Assembly (NCBI GenBank): GCA_965248355.1
Contig: OZ252098.1
Span: 3,424,001-3,488,000 of the forward strand
Length of the DNA: 64,000 bases
Direction of reading: 5' to 3'
DNA from: Candidatus Latescibacterota bacterium
GTDB lineage: Bacteria; Latescibacterota; UBA2968; UBA8231
In this document: one piece after another, positions 38,140-48,197 of the stretch
Numbering within the stretch: position 1 is the stretch's first letter
Layout of the letters: each line of letters opens with the position of its first letter
Position numbers and translations under genes: made by a program
Notes under the pieces: model-generated
Told to the model about the DNA's origin: nothing
The model's database searches: none
The model's input: only the letters and a program-made list of their open reading frames with translations

Positions 38140-39000
38140 ATGAAGCGAACGCGACTTCAGTTGCGGGCCCCGGCGCTCCATGGCGCCGCGATCCTCGCAG
38201 CCGCGATCCTGGCCTCCGCGGGCCTGGGCGGCTGTGCCTCCTTCCGCCAGGTCCTCGGGTACGGGCTGGTGCCGGTGCAGACCGAGATCGACCTCGGCCG
38301 CCGGCTGGCCGCCCAGGTCGAGGCCGAGCACCGGGTCCTGCGCGACTCCCGGATCCAGCGCTACGCGCGCTTCCTGGCGCAGCCTCTCATCGAGAAGGCC
38401 TGGCTCGACCGCCCCGGCATCGACTACCGGGTCACCGTCCTCGACGACCCGGACCAGGTCAACGCCTTCGCCCTGCCCGGCGGCCCGACCTACGTCTTCA
38501 CCGGCCTGATGCTCCTGGCCGGCGACGAGGCCGAGCTGGCCGGGGTGCTGGCCCACGAGCTGGGCCACGTGGTGGCCCGGCACTCGGCCGAGCAGCTGGC
38601 CGCGAACCTGGGCCTGCAGGTGGTGGCGGCCATCGCCCTCGGACAGGATCCGGAACGGCTGGCCGCCGCCGCCGCGGACCTGACCGCCGGCGGCGTGATG
38701 GCCCGCTTCAGCCGCGACGACGAGCGCGAGGCCGACGACCTCGGGCTGCGCTATCTCATCGCCGCCGGCTACGATCCCCGCGGAATGGTGCGCATGTTCC
38801 AGCGCCTGCAGTCGGTCGAGCGGGGCTCGCCCGGCCCCCTGGGCGGGCTGCTGGCCACCCACCCGGCCACGGCGGAGCGCATCGAGCGCCTCCAGCGGCG
38901 GATCGACCGGGCCGGGGACGAGCTGCCGCGGCGCCGGCAGGCGGACCGCTACCGGGAGATGACGGCTTCCATGCGGAGGACGGCTCTCCTGCGGCGGTAG
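38140..39000 (+). CDS. M48 family Zn metallopeptidase (lipoprotein)
   Basis: Lipobox LGGC; VNAFALPGG, AHELGH, FSRDDEREAD, THP...RI. Confidence 0.92.
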   Translation: MKRTRLQLRAPALHGAAILAAAILASAGLGGCASFRQVLGYGLVPVQTEIDLGRRLAAQVEAEHRVLRDSRIQRYARFLAQPLIEKAWLDRPGIDYRVTVLDDPDQVNAFALPGGPTYVFTGLMLLAGDEAELAGVLAHELGHVVARHSAEQLAANLGLQVVAAIALGQDPERLAAAAADLTAGGVMARFSRDDEREADDLGLRYLIAAGYDPRGMVRMFQRLQSVERGSPGPLGGLLATHPATAERIERLQRRIDRAGDELPRRRQADRYREMTASMRRTALLRR

Positions 39001-39206
39001 GACCCCCCTTCGGCGGCCCCGCCCACCTTGCCCGGGTCCAGGGGGCCGAGTATCGTACTCCCGTATCCGGTCCCTCGGTCGGCCCGGCCCCCTCCCCTGC
39101 CCCGCGGCAGCCAGCCTTCTGGACAGATCACCCAGACCTTGCGCGAGCCCCGCGGGGGCCGCGGTCCCCGGCACCGGCCCTTGGCGGGCTCACGCCGCAG
39201 GCCGCC

Positions 39207-39835
39207 ATGGCTCCAGGAGGCTCCGGCCGTCCAGGCGGTTCCGGGTACCCCATCTCCCCATCCTCCTCCTGCTCGCCCTCTCCGCCGCCGGCGCCCAGCC
39301 TCTCGTGGTCGAAACCCCGCCCCTGCCCGCCGGGCTGTTCCTCACCGCCGGCCTCGGGGTGGTCGACATCGAGCCCGGCACGGGCCTCGACATCCCCCTC
39401 GGCCTGACCGCCATCTCGCCGCGCCACCACGTGATGGCCACGCTCACCTTTGCCGACTTCGCCCTCCTCCAGTCCCAGCAGATCCGCTACCGGCTCCGCT
39501 ATTACCGGGGTTTCGGCGATCTCTGCGTCGACACGGTGACCGGACAGCTGGCCTCTTACAACCTCTGCAGGGGCAAGACGAATGCCCTGCGCTCCTTCTC
39601 CGTCGATCTCAACCTGCTGCCGGTGGAGATGATCTACGTCGCCGACCGGCCGGGCGTTCTGCACCTCGGCCCGGGCTGGCGCGGCCAGGAGCCGCGCACC
39701 GTGTACGGCACCATCGGCATGTTCTTCCCCTCCCAGTCCGGCAACGCCATCGGCGCCCGCCTGGCCATGGGCCGGGAGTTCATCTTCCTCGGCTTCACCT
39801 GGGGACGGGACCTGCGCCGCCTCCCCGGGCTCTGA
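39207..39835 (+). CDS. Secreted/outer-membrane hypothetical protein, probably frameshifted just after the ATG
   Basis: The 39305 ORF is preceded in-frame by a signal-peptide-like SRRLRPSRRFRVPHLPILLLLALSAAGAQP; the only nearby ATG (39207) is one base out of frame. Confidence 0.55.
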
Positions 39836-39855
39836 GCCGCGCCGATCTCCGGCCG

Positions 39856-40305
39856 TCAGGCCGCGGTCACGTAGCGCAGCACCTCCACCACCTGCTCCGG
39901 CTCCTCGGCCACGGCCAGGGCCGCGGCGTCGACCTCCTTCAAGGGGTGGGTCAGACCGGCGTCGTGGAGGACGATCAGCGGCTTGCCGAGGGCGGCCGCG
40001 AAGCCGGCGTCGAAGGCGGCGTTCCACTGCCGGTACCGGTCCCCGAATCGCACGACCACCACGTCGGCCCGGCGGATCAGGGTGCGGGTGCGGATGGCGT
40101 TGAGGCCGGCGCCCTTGCGATCCTTCCAGAAGGCCTTCTCCTCCGTCCCCAGGATGGCGACCCCGCAGTCGTCGCTGGCGCCGTGATCGGTGACCGGAGT
40201 TGTGAAGTCGGCCGGCAGCCCGGCCTCTTCGGCGCCGGCCACGATCCGCTCCCGCCAGTCGCTGTGGATCTCGCCGGACAGGTAGACTTCCCATCGGTGA
40301 CTCAT
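39856..40305 (-). CDS. ytoQ: YtoQ family protein (nucleoside 2-deoxyribosyltransferase-like fold)
   Basis: VYLSGEIHSDWR, SDDCG, VVVRFGD.Y.QWNAAFDAG, HPLKEVDAAA. Confidence 0.88.
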   Translation of the reverse strand: MSHRWEVYLSGEIHSDWRERIVAGAEEAGLPADFTTPVTDHGASDDCGVAILGTEEKAFWKDRKGAGLNAIRTRTLIRRADVVVVRFGDRYRQWNAAFDAGFAAALGKPLIVLHDAGLTHPLKEVDAAALAVAEEPEQVVEVLRYVTAA

Positions 40306-40395
40306 GGCTCAAGCTCCTTTCAATCCCTTGAAGGTAGTCCTCGTCCTCAATAGTTTCAGCGGCCCTCCAACCGAAGCGCGAGCGGAGAGACGGTG

Positions 40396-40692
40396 ATGAA
40401 ATCAGCACTCGAGCTGGCCCTCGAAAGGTCGGATTCCCTCCTCGACAAGGACCGCGCCAGGCTCACCCCCGAGCAGATCGCCGCCATCGACGAGGTCCGC
40501 AAGACCTACGAGGCCAAGTGGGCGGAGCAGGAGATCGTGCTCCGTCAGCGGATCGACAAGACCGCTACCGAGGCCGATCCCCAGGCCGCCGCCGGGCAGC
40601 GGCGACAGTTGCAGGAAGAGATGCACTCCGTCCGCGACAGCTTGTTCGCCGAGCGCGACGAGAAGATCGAGGCCATCCGCCGCGGGGAGTGA
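40396..40692 (+). CDS. Small coiled-coil hypothetical protein
   Basis: GGAGA RBS; MKSALELALER N-terminus. Confidence 0.75.
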   Translation: MKSALELALERSDSLLDKDRARLTPEQIAAIDEVRKTYEAKWAEQEIVLRQRIDKTATEADPQAAAGQRRQLQEEMHSVRDSLFAERDEKIEAIRRGE

Positions 40693-40720
40693 TCGGCCGC
40701 AGGCCCACGGGCGAGGCGGG

Positions 40721-40758
40721 GAACCGGGGACGGCGGCTGCGGCGGCCGTCCCCGGTTC
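40721..40758. terminator. 14-bp stem hairpin between convergent genes
   Basis: GAACCGGGGACGGC-N10-GCCGTCCCCGGTTC; only a short T tail. Confidence 0.55.
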
Positions 40759-43700
40759 TTAGTACGAGGGCCGGCGGGCCACGACGAACGCGGAACGACG
40801 GTGGAAACGCTCGCCGCCGGCCTTCGCCGTCAGCACGTAGAGGTAGGTTCCGTTGGCCAGAAGCCGGCCCGCCTCGTCGCGGCCGTCCCAGGGCAGCTGG
40901 CCGAAGCCGGCGTCGAAGGGAAGGGGTCCCAGGCGTCGGATGCGGCGGCCGCTGAGAGCGTAGAGCTCGACGCCGACCGCGGCGGCCCTCGGCAGGAAAA
41001 AGGTGAAGGCGGCGCCCTCCCGGACTACCGGATGGGGATGCACGAGGACGTTGGCGGCCACGAGGCGGGGGCTGACAAAGAGGTGGATGCGCGCGGCGGC
41101 GAACTCTCCCCCGTCGTCCACCAGTCTCGCCTCCACCTCCTGAAAGCCCTCGGCCGGCCGGTAGAGGGCGCTCGCGCCATCGGCGGTCCACGTCGAGTCC
41201 GCGGTCACCGGGACCCCGTCCACAGTCACCTGAATGCGGCCCGGACGGTCCGCCTCGATCCACAGAGCCTGGCTGCCGAGGATGTCCCCGCTCTGCAGCC
41301 GGTGGCCCCCCGGCCAGGCCCGGAAGATCAGCCTGGGACCCAGGCCGGCCAGAAGGACGGCGTCGTTCCCCGGGTCGGCGTCGGCGCCCTTGTACAGCAC
41401 GCGCACCCGGTCGCCCGCCCGCAGAGGCCTCAGCGAGTCGAAGACGGCGGCCACCAGCGCCCCGGCGGACAGGGCCGGCAACCGGCGCTCCCGAAGCGGC
41501 TCCCCATGCGCCCCCTCCAGGCGGAGGAACGCCGGCCCCGAGAGGACCACCCCGCGGTTGCGGACGGCCGCCCGCACCACCCCCTCCCCGGCCTCGGCGG
41601 CGACCACCTCCAGGTCCGCCAGACCCGTGTAGCCCACCTGCCAGCCGGACAACCGCGCGCCGGCGGCGGTATCGATCCGGGCCGCCAGGCGCAGCCGCCG
41701 GAAGCGCTCCGCGTCGATGGCGGAGAGGTCCGCCGAACCGGGCGCCGCCACCGCCAATCCGGGAAGCTCCGACCAGCCGCCATCTGTTGAGGCGCCCTCG
41801 ACGCCCACCTCCACCCCGGCCCCGTCCACGCTCAGGGTCCCCCAGGCGGCGGCCGGTCCGATGGGGGGCGACCACAGGCGGGCCGGCTGCCTGCGGCCGC
41901 GGCGGCCGTAGCGGAAGAAGGACGCGCCGGTCTCTTCCAGCGGCTGCCCCGGCCGCACCACCGCGCCGAGGTCGGCCAGCCAGACGCGGTCGTTCACCCA
42001 GTCGTACTGGCCGGCGAGGATTCCCGTCTCCTCCTGGTCCGAGGTCCACTCGTCGATGAAGGCGCCGTCCGCGGCGCTCACGGCGCGGATGCGGCGGCGG
42101 CCGCCGTACTCCATCAGGTAGAGGCGCTCGCCGTCGGCGAAGAGGCCGTCCGTCCACAGGTAGGTGAAGCCCGTCTCCGTGGGCGGCGCCACGAACTCGC
42201 GCACCAGCCGCCAGCCGGCCCGGGGCTCGAAGACGCGGACCCTCCAGCCGACGCGCATGCCCACGGCGGAGCTCATGGAGGCGTTGTACACGTAGCGGCC
42301 GTCGGAGGTGATCAGGGTGTGGATCACCTGGCCGGGCGCCGGTTCGTCCACGACCCGCCCCGTCTTCCAGTCCACCAGGCCGTCGGGGACCCGAACCGTG
42401 TCGACCCGGCCCGTGCCAGGGTCCAGGCGTTCCAGCTCGAAGGTGCGTCCGGCGTCGCAGTAGAGATAGCCGTCCGAGTGGCCGGTGGCGGCGATCCCGC
42501 CGGAGGTCGAATCGGGCAGGAACCCGTAGAACCGGCCGCGCTCGGTGCCGCCGAAGCCGGTGCCGATGCGGGCGAGGAAGTCGGTGCCGGCGTACTGGGT
42601 CGAGGGATCGTTGAACCAGCGCTTGGCGTAGAGGTACTTCCCGTCCGTGGCCACGATCCCGGCGCCGTCCAGCTCGTTCACGGTGAAGCCGTCCTCGCGG
42701 GTGGCGGCCGAGGGCCGGAAGGCCGGCCGGCGGGAGGAGACCACCACCGCCTCCCCCTCGGCGGCGAGATCGCCGTCGGACTCGCCGAGGGCCAGGAGCT
42801 GATCCGCGCGGACCCTCCACAGACCCTCCGCAGGACCGGGCGGTGAGGGCTCCAGCGAGAAGGTCCGCACCGGCGACCAGGGACCCGTGACGGCGCCGTC
42901 CACGAGACGCACCCGCCAGTAGAGCGGGGTCCCGGCCATCGCCTCGAAGGCATGCTCCGCCCGGCCCTGCTGCGCCGGGACGAGGGGCGACCAGGCCGTG
43001 GCCGAGTCGGGGAAACCGGGGTCGGTGGTGAGAGCGAACTCGCAGGCCAGTCCGGCCGACTCGCCCCAGGCGTCCACCGGCGTGAGCGCTGCCAGCTCCG
43101 GGGCGGCGGCCAGGCCGCCGTCCGCCGGATGGAGAGGATCGGCCGCGCGGGCGTCGAGGATGTGCAGGGACAGGTCGAGACGGTTGTCGCTCTCGTCGGC
43201 CTCGTCGACCTGATCCGCGGCGTCGATGACGAGGGAGAGGCGGTACGGCCCGCGGCGGTCGCCCACGGCCCAGTCGAAGCGCAGGCTGTCGCTGCCGGCG
43301 AAGGGGCCGCGCCGCTGCAGCCACAGGGTGTCGGGCGCGGCGCCGGGCGCCTCTCCGAAGAGGGCGACGGTGAGGCTGTCGGCGCCGAGGCGCGTGTTGT
43401 TTCGCACCCGGCCGGTGAGCGTCACCGTGGCGCCCGTGGTCACGCTCCCGCCGTGCACGGCCAGGTCGACGGCGGCGTAGTCGGCGCCCGGCGGCAGGGC
43501 CAGCTCCTGGGCCGGATCGCCGATGAGCTGCATCGTCTCCACCACGTCCCGGTAGCTGGAGTGGGCCGCCAGGACCCGCGCCTTGGCGGCGTCGAGGACG
43601 GGACCGAACCGCAGCCGGCCTTCGGCGAAGAGCTGGCTGTAGAACTGATCGCTCAGCAGGCGGTTCTGGGCCGTCCTCGACAGGGCGGTGGCGGAGATGA

Positions 43701-46335
43701 AGGCGATGGCGCCGCCTTCCTCGTGCTCGGTCATGAGCTCGCTCAGGGCCTCGACCGTGGGCAGGGTGAAGAGCCCGTTCAGGCAGGAGAGGGCCATGAT
43801 CAGGGGCAGACGGCCGCCGTTGCGCACCTGGTTCAGGTACTCCCAGTCCGGGAAGCCGGTGGAGAACAGGAACTGCATCGCCCCGGCCGCGCCGTGGCCG
43901 GAGAAGTTGACGATCAGGGCCCCGTCGTTGAGGGCGTCGAGGAAGGCCTTGCCCCGGGGGTTCGGCAGGGGAGCCTCGTCCGGCGCGTAGATGCGCACCG
44001 ACTGCAGCCCCGCCGGCTCCGTGTAGCGCGCCGCGAGCGAGTCGAGGGGGCCGGAGAACTCGTCCTTGGCGTGCCAGTTGGCGGCGAAGACCGAGCGGCT
44101 GCGCCAGTCCCCCGGCTCAGGGTTGGAGTCGTAGGCGATGATCTTGTCCACCACCCGCTCCGCCTCCGCCGCCGAGTCGACGGTCAGCCGCCCCACGGAC
44201 AGGTCGGCCAGCAGGTCATCGCCGTCTACCAGGGCGAGGTGGTAGTCGGAGGGCGAGAACCCGCGCTCCCGCGCCAGGTAGTAGCGGGTGGGCACGAGCG
44301 CCTGGTCCCGCCGGCCGGTGTAGATCCCGCGGTAGTCCCAGGTCGCGTCCCCCATGAGGGTGACGTACGCCGGCCGCGGCACCCAGGTCCGGTAGGCGTG
44401 GCCGATGAAGTCGGCCACCGCCTGGCGCTGGACCCGGCCGAAGCTGAACTCGTCGTAGAGGTCCTCGATGGATACGACCGCCACCTGCAGCCCGTCGCCG
44501 CGCCGGTGGCCGGCGAGACGCCGGGCGGCGCCCAGGAACTCCGGGTGGGAGATGATCACGTAGTCGGCGCCGTGGGCGCCGGAGCGCCAGTCGGAGGGGG
44601 TATCGGGAACGCCCTCCGGCTCCCTCAGGGAGAGGCTGTCCACGGCCACGTAGAGCGGCGGCGCGGCGGGAGCGTCCTCGAAGGTGACCCGGAAGGTGCT
44701 GTCGGCGGAGGTGACCGCCGCCCCCGTCAGCAGCGTCCCGTCAGCGACGTCGAAGAGCAGCACCCGCGGGTGCCGGAACCCCTCCACGGTGATGCGATGG
44801 CCGTCCGGGGCGGCCTCGGTGGGCGCCGCCAGGAACCCCGGATGGGCGTGGAACCGGCGGCGGTAGGTGACCCGGAACCAGTTGAACCAGATCTGGTCGA
44901 CCTTGATGCGGTCGGCGTAGCCCTGCAGGAGCACGCGATTGCGGGGCCGCAGCCAGCCGGAGGGCACGGCGGCGGCGATGACGCGCGGCACCTGTCCGGC
45001 CCAGTAGGCCTCCTCCAGGATCCGTGAGCCGGCGCCGGCCCAGTTGAAATGCACCACCGTGTGGTGCTCGCCGAATCCCTCCCCCGTCCGCCCCTGGAGG
45101 GCGACCTCCACCCGCGCCTCGTACTCCTCCTCGTCGTACATGGCGGTGATGTCGCCGGCGAAGGTCTGGCTGGAGGGCTTGTCCGGATGCGTGACGAAGA
45201 GCGCGTCCTGGGGAGGCTGCCAGAACCAGCGGTCGAGGTGCGGGTCGGTGGCGAACCCCAGCTGATCGAAGCTGCGGTCGATCTCGTGATGCGCCGCGTG
45301 AAGGTACCACTCTCTCTCGGGGTAGCCGCGGTCCGGGGCGGCGTCGCGCCCCTCGTAGCGCCGGCCCGGCGCGCCGCCCCAGGTGAGCCAGTAGGTCTCC
45401 AGGGGGCCGTACTCGCTCTCGTGGTCGCGCTCCTCGCCGGCCATGAGCGCGCGCCGGTAGCGTCCGTAGAACAGGAACTCGTCCCCGGCGTCGAAGGACC
45501 CGTCCTCGCCGCCGCTCACGACCAGGGGGATCTCGGCGCCGGCGTGGAACATGCGGAACGTGCGCGGGTCCACCGGGCCGGGGTCGAGGTCGGAGAACGG
45601 CTCCCACCCCGGGGTGATGCGGTACACGCCGTCGGCCTGCACGAGGACCTTCATCCACGGTTGCGCCGGATCGTACCAGCCATCGGCCGCGGCCGGCCGA
45701 GCCGCCGGCAGGGGTGCCTCTCCGGCGGCGGGGGGCGGGTTGATGAAGGCGCCGCGCAGGAAGTCGCCGTGGGGATCGCGAAGAGCGGCGGGCCTGCTCG
45801 CCTCCCCGCCGTGGAAGGTCACGTCCACGACGAGCCGGCGGTGCACGCGGACCCGCCCGGAGAGCGGATCGACCTGCCACGGGAACAGCCACAGCCGGTG
45901 GGCGGGCGTGCCCCTCAGCCGGCCGAGGGGCTCGGTGTGGGCGAGGGCCTCGACCTGGCGAGGGTCCAGGCCCTCGGCCTGGCTGTCCGCGGCGGCCGGC
46001 TCCACGCCGAAGAAGTCCTCGTGGAACTCGGAGACCACGGACAGCCGCAGACGCGCCCCCGGTGGAGCCGCCACCAGGGCCGCCACGTAGGGCAGATCCA
46101 CGCCCCCGGGACCCGCTCCCCTGGGCAGCCCCGGAGCCTGGATGGGCCAGCTCCCACGACCGGCGCCCCCCGGGCCGATCCCGGCTTCGACCTCAAGCAC
46201 GAGGCGCAACCCACCGGCGCCGGACTCCACCACCCGCAGCCCGGCGCCGGGCGGGGCGGCGGCGGCCTGCGGCGCCAAGGCGCAGGCAACGCCCACCGCG
46301 GCGAGGACGAGCAAGGGTCGCGGGCGAAGGGTCAC
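40759..46335 (-). CDS. C25 family (gingipain/PorU-like) cysteine peptidase, about 1858 aa, with CARDB-like and C-terminal FlgD-Ig/T9SS-CTD-like domains
   Basis: GTG start with signal peptide; DGVYRIT, DYVIISH, LYDEFSFG, LMGDATWD, VGRL; catalytic FSGHG and SCLNG; LIGDP; DESDN; WDGRDEAG.LANGTYLY. Confidence 0.85.
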   Translation of the reverse strand: MTLRPRPLLVLAAVGVACALAPQAAAAPPGAGLRVVESGAGGLRLVLEVEAGIGPGGAGRGSWPIQAPGLPRGAGPGGVDLPYVAALVAAPPGARLRLSVVSEFHEDFFGVEPAAADSQAEGLDPRQVEALAHTEPLGRLRGTPAHRLWLFPWQVDPLSGRVRVHRRLVVDVTFHGGEASRPAALRDPHGDFLRGAFINPPPAAGEAPLPAARPAAADGWYDPAQPWMKVLVQADGVYRITPGWEPFSDLDPGPVDPRTFRMFHAGAEIPLVVSGGEDGSFDAGDEFLFYGRYRRALMAGEERDHESEYGPLETYWLTWGGAPGRRYEGRDAAPDRGYPEREWYLHAAHHEIDRSFDQLGFATDPHLDRWFWQPPQDALFVTHPDKPSSQTFAGDITAMYDEEEYEARVEVALQGRTGEGFGEHHTVVHFNWAGAGSRILEEAYWAGQVPRVIAAAVPSGWLRPRNRVLLQGYADRIKVDQIWFNWFRVTYRRRFHAHPGFLAAPTEAAPDGHRITVEGFRHPRVLLFDVADGTLLTGAAVTSADSTFRVTFEDAPAAPPLYVAVDSLSLREPEGVPDTPSDWRSGAHGADYVIISHPEFLGAARRLAGHRRGDGLQVAVVSIEDLYDEFSFGRVQRQAVADFIGHAYRTWVPRPAYVTLMGDATWDYRGIYTGRRDQALVPTRYYLARERGFSPSDYHLALVDGDDLLADLSVGRLTVDSAAEAERVVDKIIAYDSNPEPGDWRSRSVFAANWHAKDEFSGPLDSLAARYTEPAGLQSVRIYAPDEAPLPNPRGKAFLDALNDGALIVNFSGHGAAGAMQFLFSTGFPDWEYLNQVRNGGRLPLIMALSCLNGLFTLPTVEALSELMTEHEEGGAIAFISATALSRTAQNRLLSDQFYSQLFAEGRLRFGPVLDAAKARVLAAHSSYRDVVETMQLIGDPAQELALPPGADYAAVDLAVHGGSVTTGATVTLTGRVRNNTRLGADSLTVALFGEAPGAAPDTLWLQRRGPFAGSDSLRFDWAVGDRRGPYRLSLVIDAADQVDEADESDNRLDLSLHILDARAADPLHPADGGLAAAPELAALTPVDAWGESAGLACEFALTTDPGFPDSATAWSPLVPAQQGRAEHAFEAMAGTPLYWRVRLVDGAVTGPWSPVRTFSLEPSPPGPAEGLWRVRADQLLALGESDGDLAAEGEAVVVSSRRPAFRPSAATREDGFTVNELDGAGIVATDGKYLYAKRWFNDPSTQYAGTDFLARIGTGFGGTERGRFYGFLPDSTSGGIAATGHSDGYLYCDAGRTFELERLDPGTGRVDTVRVPDGLVDWKTGRVVDEPAPGQVIHTLITSDGRYVYNASMSSAVGMRVGWRVRVFEPRAGWRLVREFVAPPTETGFTYLWTDGLFADGERLYLMEYGGRRRIRAVSAADGAFIDEWTSDQEETGILAGQYDWVNDRVWLADLGAVVRPGQPLEETGASFFRYGRRGRRQPARLWSPPIGPAAAWGTLSVDGAGVEVGVEGASTDGGWSELPGLAVAAPGSADLSAIDAERFRRLRLAARIDTAAGARLSGWQVGYTGLADLEVVAAEAGEGVVRAAVRNRGVVLSGPAFLRLEGAHGEPLRERRLPALSAGALVAAVFDSLRPLRAGDRVRVLYKGADADPGNDAVLLAGLGPRLIFRAWPGGHRLQSGDILGSQALWIEADRPGRIQVTVDGVPVTADSTWTADGASALYRPAEGFQEVEARLVDDGGEFAAARIHLFVSPRLVAANVLVHPHPVVREGAAFTFFLPRAAAVGVELYALSGRRIRRLGPLPFDAGFGQLPWDGRDEAGRLLANGTYLYVLTAKAGGERFHRRSAFVVARRPSY

Positions 46336-46447
46336 GGGAGAGGCCGAGAGCTTATCGTAAGCGCATGGGAGACAAGAGCATGCCCAGGGGCCAAGGTACG
46401 GGCGCCGGGACCGGCGAGCCAGCCGGCGACACCGGGGGTGGAGGCCT

Positions 46448-46489
46448 CCGTCGGGGGCGACCTCCGCGGCGGGGGCGATCCCCCGACGG
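46448..46489 (-). terminator. GC-rich hairpin just downstream of the 46503 gene
   Basis: CCGTCGGGGG ... CCCCCGACGG 10-bp arms; no U-tract. Confidence 0.35.
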
Positions 46490-46502
46490 CGACGCGCCCG
46501 GC

Positions 46503-47981
46503 TCAGCCCCCGGCCCGGAACTGAAAGGCGTAGAGCTTCATCCCCCGCATGACGAAGCGCAGCCGCACCGGCGCGCCGGCCTGCGAGGCGAGGTCCCCGC
46601 CGCGCCAGGTCACGTGCTTGTGGAGGCTGTTCCCGCGCACGGTCCCGCCCTCCGCCAGGCTCAGCCCGGGCAGCGGCCGGCCGTCCTCGCCGAGCACCTC
46701 CGCCTGCAGCCAGCCGCCGGCGCTGCCGTCGCAGTTCACCTCCAGCCGATCCCCCTCGAAGGTGAGCGGCGGCGTGGTGAAGGTGCCGCCGCCGTAGCCG
46801 GCGTCGGCGGAGACGAAGCCGTCTCGGCGCAGGCTGGCGCGGAAGATGCCGCTGCGGCGGGCCAGGGCGGCGGCGTCCACCCCGGGCGGCAGGTCGCGGT
46901 GGAGGCGGACGGTGCCGGCGTAGTAGAGCCACAACTCCTCGCCGACCGGGATCAGCCAGGGGTTGGCGTAGATCATGCCGCTGGTGGGGCTGTCGTCGAA
47001 GCCCTGGCGCAGGAACGGCTCCCTCTCCCCGGCCCGGCCCCAGCTGACGCCGTCGCGGCTGGTTAGCAGCTGCACGTCCAGGGTGGCCGGGAACTGCTTC
47101 CGGCCCCAGTGGTAGTAGACCGCCGGCAGCATCAGGTACACGTCTTCCGCCCACGGGTACTTCATGGCGCAGCTCGTGTAGATGTCGACACAGGGGCGCC
47201 CGGACTCGTTCTCCCCCGGCAGCGGCATGCCGAGGTCGGCGGCATCCGCCTCGAACACGATCTGCAGCGGCGTCCAGTTGCGGAAGTCGGTGGAGGTGAC
47301 GCGTCCGACGCTGCGGTACGGCTGGCCGCCGGCCTCGGCGGCCTCGTCCCGGTGCTGGGTGGCGCTCACCCGCGTGTAGCCGACATAGCAATGGAGCCGG
47401 TCGTCCACGAACAGCATGTTCTGCGTGTCGCAGGCGCCCCGGGGATTCGGCTGGCCGTCGTAGCAACTCCAGCGCAGGCCGTCGGGCGAGTGCATGGCCC
47501 ACAGACCGGGCTCGACGCCGGCCTCCATCTCCTCGTCCGTGGGCCGGTACTTCGTCCACAGCTTGTAGCGCTCCGCCTCGGGGGCGGCCTCGTCGCGCAG
47601 CACGGTGGCGCCCTGCATCGACTGCCGCTCCACCTGGGGAGCGACGATGTTGTTGGCCCTGGCGCCGCCGAACTCGATCAGGCCGAGGTCGGGTTTGGTC
47701 CAGGCGAGACCGTCCGCGGACTCGGCGTAGCAGAGGCGGCGGGCGCCCTCGGCGGGCAGGCCGCCGATGACACAGGCGTCGTACCACAGCCGGAAGCGGC
47801 CGTCCGGCTCGAGCATGGCCGTGTTGTAGGCGCCGATGCCGTGGGACTCCCAGGGCCGGTCGGGTACCAGAACGGGTTCGGGATGCTGAACGGGGGGGTT
47901 CATGCACAGGCGCACGCCCTCGGAGCGCTCGATGAAGCGCTCGTCGACGAACAGCTGCCGTCGGGTGCCGACGTTCCACAT
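46503..47981 (-). CDS. Five-bladed beta-propeller glycoside-hydrolase-like protein
   Basis: RQLFVD, YAESADGLAWTKP.LG, SPDGLRW, TSRDGVSW, LRRDGFVS; AGGAG RBS. Confidence 0.7.
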   Translation of the reverse strand: MWNVGTRRQLFVDERFIERSEGVRLCMNPPVQHPEPVLVPDRPWESHGIGAYNTAMLEPDGRFRLWYDACVIGGLPAEGARRLCYAESADGLAWTKPDLGLIEFGGARANNIVAPQVERQSMQGATVLRDEAAPEAERYKLWTKYRPTDEEMEAGVEPGLWAMHSPDGLRWSCYDGQPNPRGACDTQNMLFVDDRLHCYVGYTRVSATQHRDEAAEAGGQPYRSVGRVTSTDFRNWTPLQIVFEADAADLGMPLPGENESGRPCVDIYTSCAMKYPWAEDVYLMLPAVYYHWGRKQFPATLDVQLLTSRDGVSWGRAGEREPFLRQGFDDSPTSGMIYANPWLIPVGEELWLYYAGTVRLHRDLPPGVDAAALARRSGIFRASLRRDGFVSADAGYGGGTFTTPPLTFEGDRLEVNCDGSAGGWLQAEVLGEDGRPLPGLSLAEGGTVRGNSLHKHVTWRGGDLASQAGAPVRLRFVMRGMKLYAFQFRAGG

Positions 47982-48197
47982 GTCTGAGGCTCCTGCCGGG
48001 GGGATCACCGCAAGGGGGAGGGGCAAAGGTAGGCACGGAGAGGAGTTGCGGATCATTCGGGTTGGCGCCGGCGTCGAGCAGGATCTGCCAATACCGGGCT
48101 CTCCCGTGAGGCGGGAGCGACGCCCGCGCCGGGCCTGACCCGCCGGCGACCGACTATCTTGGAGAACGGCAGGACCTGACGCGACAGGAGGCAGAGC

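Noticed and set aside
35971..39174. 1067-aa Rieske ORF
   Set aside because: The N-terminal ~454 codons are antisense to the M48 gene and the intergenic region; the real start is 37812
40759..48036. 2425-aa giant ORF
   Set aside because: The first ~567 codons are Arg/Pro/Gly-rich off-frame read-through of the 46503-47981 gene; the real protein starts at the signal peptide at 46335
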